A stretch of DNA of 64,000 nt from an uncultured virus (IMG/VR IMGVR_UViG_3300042503_001397) (lineage: Duplodnaviria; Heunggongvirae; Uroviricota; Caudoviricetes), in the IMG/VR virus record IMGVR_UViG_3300042503_001397. One strand, given 5' to 3'. The stretch's first letter is position 1. Every line of letters begins with the position of its first letter. Of this stretch, positions 59,876-64,000 are shown in pieces. The notes beneath the pieces are model-generated. The model did no database searches. It worked only from the letters and a program-made list of their open reading frames with translations, and had not been told where the DNA came from. The translations under genes and the position numbers were made by a program.

Positions 59876-60154
59876 TTATCCTAATGCTATTGCAAAGGCT
59901 ATTGCCGAATCTAATACGTCCACACCATCTACTAAATAACCACCTTGTGTTAATCTAATAGAACCAGTAATTATTTGAGAACCAGTAACAGATAATCTTT
60001 GATTTATATTAAGAAAATCAAAAGATGCTTGAGATACATCAATAGTTCCTTTAAATGAACCAGTAAATGAACCAGTAAATGAACCGCTTAAATTTGCGTA
60101 TGCATTTGAAGCTTGAATAATTGAACCTGAAAATATTGGACTATGTATTACCAT
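59876..60154 (-). CDS. Small fibre-like protein
   Basis: SGSFTGSFTGSF repeats; C-terminal AIAFAIALG. Confidence 0.55.
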   Translation of the reverse strand: MVIHSPIFSGSIIQASNAYANLSGSFTGSFTGSFKGTIDVSQASFDFLNINQRLSVTGSQIITGSIRLTQGGYLVDGVDVLDSAIAFAIALG

Positions 60155-60205
60155 CTATATCTATATACTTTTGTGTTATGTGTATAAATATAAATAATTT
60201 TCCTT

Positions 60206-60649
60206 TTAAGGTTTCACAGGCCAAGTTATACTAAATGGATTGGGTTGAGATGTAATATCTCTTAAAGATTGTCTGTATTCAGACCAAATTGCTTTTGTTT
60301 CAGCTGATACATCTGCTAATTGTGTCCAATCACACTCTACCAATAATTCATTTCGAGTTTCTCTAACAATAAACCATTGATTTTCTAATCTATAATCTAT
60401 TTCAGTTTGAGATGCATTGGTTTGAATCCAATTTTGATAATATACACCATCAGTTAAAACAGGCGTTCCTTCGGTGATATTTTTTGTGTAATCGGTTGGC
60501 ATTGGAGTTGGAGTAACTACATACATATCCCACTCTATCAATGATGTATCAGTTAATTCGCTAGGTAAGCTTACATTTGGAAATGCTGCTCTTAATTGAG
60601 GAATACTATAAGGATAGTTTATTGTTTCATCTATAATTCGTAAATACAT
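60206..60649 (-). CDS. Tail fibre assembly chaperone-like protein
   Basis: VRETRNELL.ECDWTQL.D...W.EYRQSLRDIT...WPVKP. Confidence 0.85.
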   Translation of the reverse strand: MYLRIIDETINYPYSIPQLRAAFPNVSLPSELTDTSLIEWDMYVVTPTPMPTDYTKNITEGTPVLTDGVYYQNWIQTNASQTEIDYRLENQWFIVRETRNELLVECDWTQLADVSAETKAIWSEYRQSLRDITSQPNPFSITWPVKP

Positions 60650-60650
60650 A

Positions 60651-61553
60651 TTATTTAAAGTTTACAGGTATTGATGCAAAATTTGATAAACCAGTACAAT
60701 TGTTGAATGCATCAGTTCCAGATGGAGTTGGAGTTCTTAACCACAATTCAGGTGCAGTTCCCGTTAATGAATTTACAGTTGAACTCATATTATAAATATT
60801 ATTAAAAATAGTTACGTTTGTATTAAATGTAAATTGTAATACATTTGTTAATGCTCTACAATTTCTAAAAGTTGATGAAAAGTTTACTACTAAAGTATTA
60901 GTATCAAATAATGTAGAAGGTACTGATGTTAATCCAGTACAAGCAAAAAAGCAAGATGCAAATGTTGTTGCTAAAGTTACATTATCAAATAATCCAGTTG
61001 GTACGGTTGTTATAGTTGTTATACCAGAAAAACTATCCGTAAATGTTGTTGCGTTTGGTGAATAATCAAATACATCCTCAGGAATTGCTGTTATTCTAGT
61101 ACCTCTCATAAAAGAGGCAAAAGAAACTACCTCTGCTAAACCAGTATACCCACCCACACCACTCAATGAAGCACTTCCAGGTATTGCTGTCAAATTAGTA
61201 CATCCATAAAAATTTATAGTTCTTAATCCAACAATTCCCCATTGTACTAATTCCGTAACAAGAGTTCTAATACCAGCATTATTATCGACACGAAAACCTG
61301 GCATAAATCCATTTATAGTAATTGTATAAGTTCCGGCTGTTACAAAGGTATGTATTCTATCTACTGAATTTGATGATGTTATTAGTGGTGATGATGTAGA
61401 ATCTCCCCAGCTAATCGTTAAATTAGGAGTTAAACCACCATAATCTACTAAAGGAGTTGTAAATACAGTATTAGCCGTAGTCGTTGTTATTCTAAATACA
61501 AACGGAAAAACTGCCGATGTTTCTGATTCTACTAGTCTTCTAAATATTCCCAT
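60651..61553 (-). CDS. PKD-like + BspA/DUF285-like leucine-rich-repeat protein
   Basis: ISWGD...HTFVTAGTYTITI; repeated F..C..LT.VP..LFD units. Confidence 0.75.
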   Translation of the reverse strand: MGIFRRLVESETSAVFPFVFRITTTTANTVFTTPLVDYGGLTPNLTISWGDSTSSPLITSSNSVDRIHTFVTAGTYTITINGFMPGFRVDNNAGIRTLVTELVQWGIVGLRTINFYGCTNLTAIPGSASLSGVGGYTGLAEVVSFASFMRGTRITAIPEDVFDYSPNATTFTDSFSGITTITTVPTGLFDNVTLATTFASCFFACTGLTSVPSTLFDTNTLVVNFSSTFRNCRALTNVLQFTFNTNVTIFNNIYNMSSTVNSLTGTAPELWLRTPTPSGTDAFNNCTGLSNFASIPVNFK

Positions 61554-61564
61554 AACTATAATTA

Positions 61565-64000
61565 TTAACTTAAGTTTTTACCTGTTACAAATCCATAGTA
61601 AGATGTTCCACCATTATAAGTGTAGAATACTAAAACATCAGTTCCAGAAGAAGTAAGTATTGGCGCACTTCCACCAACCCAATCAACACTAGCAGGCCAA
61701 GTAATTGCATATGCTCCGGCATTTACGGTTACTAATGTAAATCCAAATCCAATTGGAGAATTAGGTGCGTTTGTTATTGTTATTGTTGCAGTTCCGTTAA
61801 ATTGTCTTCTAAAGTTGTTTGCTGTTGATAAATCCAATGTTGCACTTCCACCAGTTCCTAAATCATTAAATGTTTCTCTATATGTTGTTGATATTACGTT
61901 ACCTACTACTGCTAAATTCGTACCATCAAATGTTATATTACTTTCAACAGTTGCACCAACGGGTGCATTTGTGTAAGTTAATAATCCATCATTGGTTGTT
62001 CCAACCAAAGAAAATCCATTTGTACCAGAAGTTCCAGATGAAAATGCCGGTGAATTAGTACCCGATGTACCATTTGCACCACTAGTCCCAGATGAACCAA
62101 AGAATGTACCATTTAATCCAGAAGTACCATTTGCACCACCACTACCAGAAGTACCAGATGAAAATCCCGGAGCGTTTGTACCTGATGTACCAGAAGAACC
62201 GGAAGCGCCAGTTTCACCATTAATACCACTCGTACCACTGCTACCAAAGAATGTACCATTAACACCAGAAGTTCCTGATGTACCAGAAGTTCCAGAAGTT
62301 CCTAATCCAGACGTTCCCGATGTTCCAGCCGTACCACTTATTCCAGAAGTTCCTGATGAACCGAACATTGTACCATTTAATCCAGAAGTTCCTGATGTAC
62401 CTGAAGTTCCCGATGTACCAGCAGAACCAGATACTCCAGAAGTTCCTGATGTGCCGCTTGTACCACTACTACCAAACATAGTACCATTCAATCCAGAAGT
62501 TCCTGCTGTCCCAGAAATACCAGATGTGCCCGATGTACCACTTACTCCGGAAGTACCCGATGTTCCAGAAGTACCACTACTTCCAAACATTGTACCATTT
62601 AAACCAGAAGTTCCAGCCGAACCAGAAGTTCCAGAAGTTCCAGAAGTACCACTACTTCCACTTACTCCTGAAGTACCACTTGTACCACTACTTCCAAAGA
62701 AAGTTCCATTTAATCCAGAAGTTCCTGATGTTCCCGATGTACCAGAAGTTCCTGATGAACCATCCGTGCCATTTAAACCAGAAGTTCCCGATGAACCACT
62801 TTCTCCAGAAGTACCACTACTTCCAAACATTGTACCATTTAAACCAGAAGTTCCCGATGAACCACTTTCTCCAGAAGTTCCAGATGTACCAGCTCCGCTT
62901 GTACCAGAAGTACCATCAAAACCAGATGTTCCACTACTTCCAAACATTGTACCATTTAAACCAGAAGTTCCTGAAGTTCCAGAAGTTCCAGAAGAACCAC
63001 TTTCTCCAGAAGTACCTGAAGTACCACTTATTCCAGAAGTACCACTACTTCCAAACATTGTACCATTCAATCCAGAAGTTCCTGAAGTACCATCAGTACC
63101 ATTTATTCCCGATGTACCACTTGTACCACTTGTACCAGACGTACCATCAGTACCATTTATACCAGAAGTTCCTGAAGAACCAAAGAAAGTTCCGTTTAAT
63201 CCAGAAGTTCCTGAAGTTCCGCTAGTACCATCCGTACCATTTATTCCACTCGTTCCACTACTTCCACTTTCTCCCGATGTTCCAGAAGTACCGCTACTAC
63301 CAAAGAATGTACCATTTAATCCAGAAGTTCCAGAAGAACCATTTTCTCCAGAAGTTCCCGATGAGCCATTTTCTCCAGAAGTTCCTGATGTTCCCGATGT
63401 ACCATCAGAACCACTTACGCCGCTTGTACCACTACTACCAAAGAATGTTCCGTTTAAACCAGAAGTTCCTGATGAACCATTTTCTCCAGAAGTTCCTGAA
63501 GTTCCTGATGTGCCACTTGTACCGCTTGTACCAGAAGTACCACTACTACCAAAGAAAGTTCCATCTAATCCAGATGTTCCTGATGTACCACTTGTACCAC
63601 CACTTCCAGATGTTCCAGAAGTTCCATCACTACCACTTGTGCCGCTTGTACCGCTTGTTCCATCACTACCAGAAGTTCCTGATGTTCCAGAAGTTCCATC
63701 TGAACCATTTGTACCGGATGTACCAGCTGAACCATTTGTACCTGAAGTTCCCGATGTACCACTTGCTCCAGAAGTTCCTGATGAACCACTTTCTCCAGAA
63801 GTTCCTGAAGTTCCTGATGTACCATCAGTACCAACACCACTTGTACCACTTGAACCAGCACTACCATTTGTGCCACTTGTACCAGATGTGCCTGAAGTTC
63901 CAGATGAACCACTTTCTCCAGAAGTTCCTGATGTACCAGATGTACCATCAGTACCAACGCCGCTTGTACCAGAAGTTCCTGATGTACCGCTTGTACCAGA
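61565..64000 (-). CDS. GTS-repeat fibre protein, 5' partial (start beyond the window)
   Basis: The SGT repeats at 64000 are in frame with the track ORF (2436 nt), so the frame appears open to the window edge. C-terminal beta domain AYAITWPASVDWVGGSAP.LT.SG.DVL.F.T..GG. Confidence 0.8.
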   Translation of the reverse strand, partial: SGTSGTSGTSGTSGVGTDGTSGTSGTSGESGSSGTSGTSGTSGTNGSAGSSGTSGVGTDGTSGTSGTSGESGSSGTSGASGTSGTSGTNGSAGTSGTNGSDGTSGTSGTSGSDGTSGTSGTSGSDGTSGTSGSGGTSGTSGTSGLDGTFFGSSGTSGTSGTSGTSGTSGTSGENGSSGTSGLNGTFFGSSGTSGVSGSDGTSGTSGTSGENGSSGTSGENGSSGTSGLNGTFFGSSGTSGTSGESGSSGTSGINGTDGTSGTSGTSGLNGTFFGSSGTSGINGTDGTSGTSGTSGTSGINGTDGTSGTSGLNGTMFGSSGTSGISGTSGTSGESGSSGTSGTSGTSGLNGTMFGSSGTSGFDGTSGTSGAGTSGTSGESGSSGTSGLNGTMFGSSGTSGESGSSGTSGLNGTDGSSGTSGTSGTSGTSGLNGTFFGSSGTSGTSGVSGSSGTSGTSGTSGSAGTSGLNGTMFGSSGTSGTSGTSGVSGTSGTSGISGTAGTSGLNGTMFGSSGTSGTSGTSGVSGSAGTSGTSGTSGTSGLNGTMFGSSGTSGISGTAGTSGTSGLGTSGTSGTSGTSGVNGTFFGSSGTSGINGETGASGSSGTSGTNAPGFSSGTSGSGGANGTSGLNGTFFGSSGTSGANGTSGTNSPAFSSGTSGTNGFSLVGTTNDGLLTYTNAPVGATVESNITFDGTNLAVVGNVISTTYRETFNDLGTGGSATLDLSTANNFRRQFNGTATITITNAPNSPIGFGFTLVTVNAGAYAITWPASVDWVGGSAPILTSSGTDVLVFYTYNGGTSYYGFVTGKNLS
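62020..64000 (-). repeat. Coding GTS tract punctuated by GLNGT(M/F)FGSS units
   Basis: More than a dozen (L/V)(N/D)GT(M/F)FGSSGTSG units separated by variable numbers of triplets. Confidence 0.93.

Noticed and set aside
63565..63957. Alternative-frame minus-strand ORFs (VHQELLE-type; also 57765-58115 and 2776-2961)
   Set aside because: They are out-of-frame readings of GTS repeats inside longer genes.
57465..64000. Repetitive DNA as a possible CRISPR array or DGR template/variable repeat pair
   Set aside because: The repeats are degenerate 9-bp coding units with no constant repeat and unique spacer pattern. I saw no adenine-specific variation and no reverse transcriptase.
1..64000. Stop-codon reassignment, as seen in some Bacteroidota phages
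   Set aside because: Conserved genes are full length in the standard code. TAG (e.g. 15923, 25587) and TGA (518, 20523) end genes at tight junctions.

Overview
This is a 64-kb segment of a large, AT-rich, T4-like myovirus genome. Every credible gene is on the minus strand and uses the standard genetic code. The host is very likely a member of the Bacteroidota, because nine copies of a 33-bp TTTG-N20-TAnnTTT(G/A) promoter match the Bacteroidetes -33/-7 consensus. In window order it holds: (1) a glycosyltransferase cluster around a Gly-Thr-Ser (GTS) repeat protein; (2) a T4-like replication and nucleotide block (Cas4-like nuclease, clamp loader, dUTPase, clamp, PolB, thioredoxin, NrdAB, helicase, RNase H-like nuclease, UvsX/RecA, gp32) that contains a candidate DNA-modification island (DUF4338/DruA-like protein, GT-B, DUF262-HNH nuclease, two Mom-like genes); (3) an ADP-ribosyltransferase, a GH19 endolysin, a 1396-aa ParB/nuclease-like protein, a secreted nuclease, a minimal and aberrant family-A polymerase, and a tmRNA with a 23-codon tag; (4) a contractile-tail module (baseplate, tape measure, chaperone pair with a probable +1/-2 frameshift, tube, sheath) followed by very large GTS-repeat fibre genes. 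All product calls come from motif recognition by eye, not from database searches. The strongest leads are the thumb-less PolA with a changed steric-gate residue, the modification/nuclease island, and the pairing of glycosyltransferases with GTS fibres.
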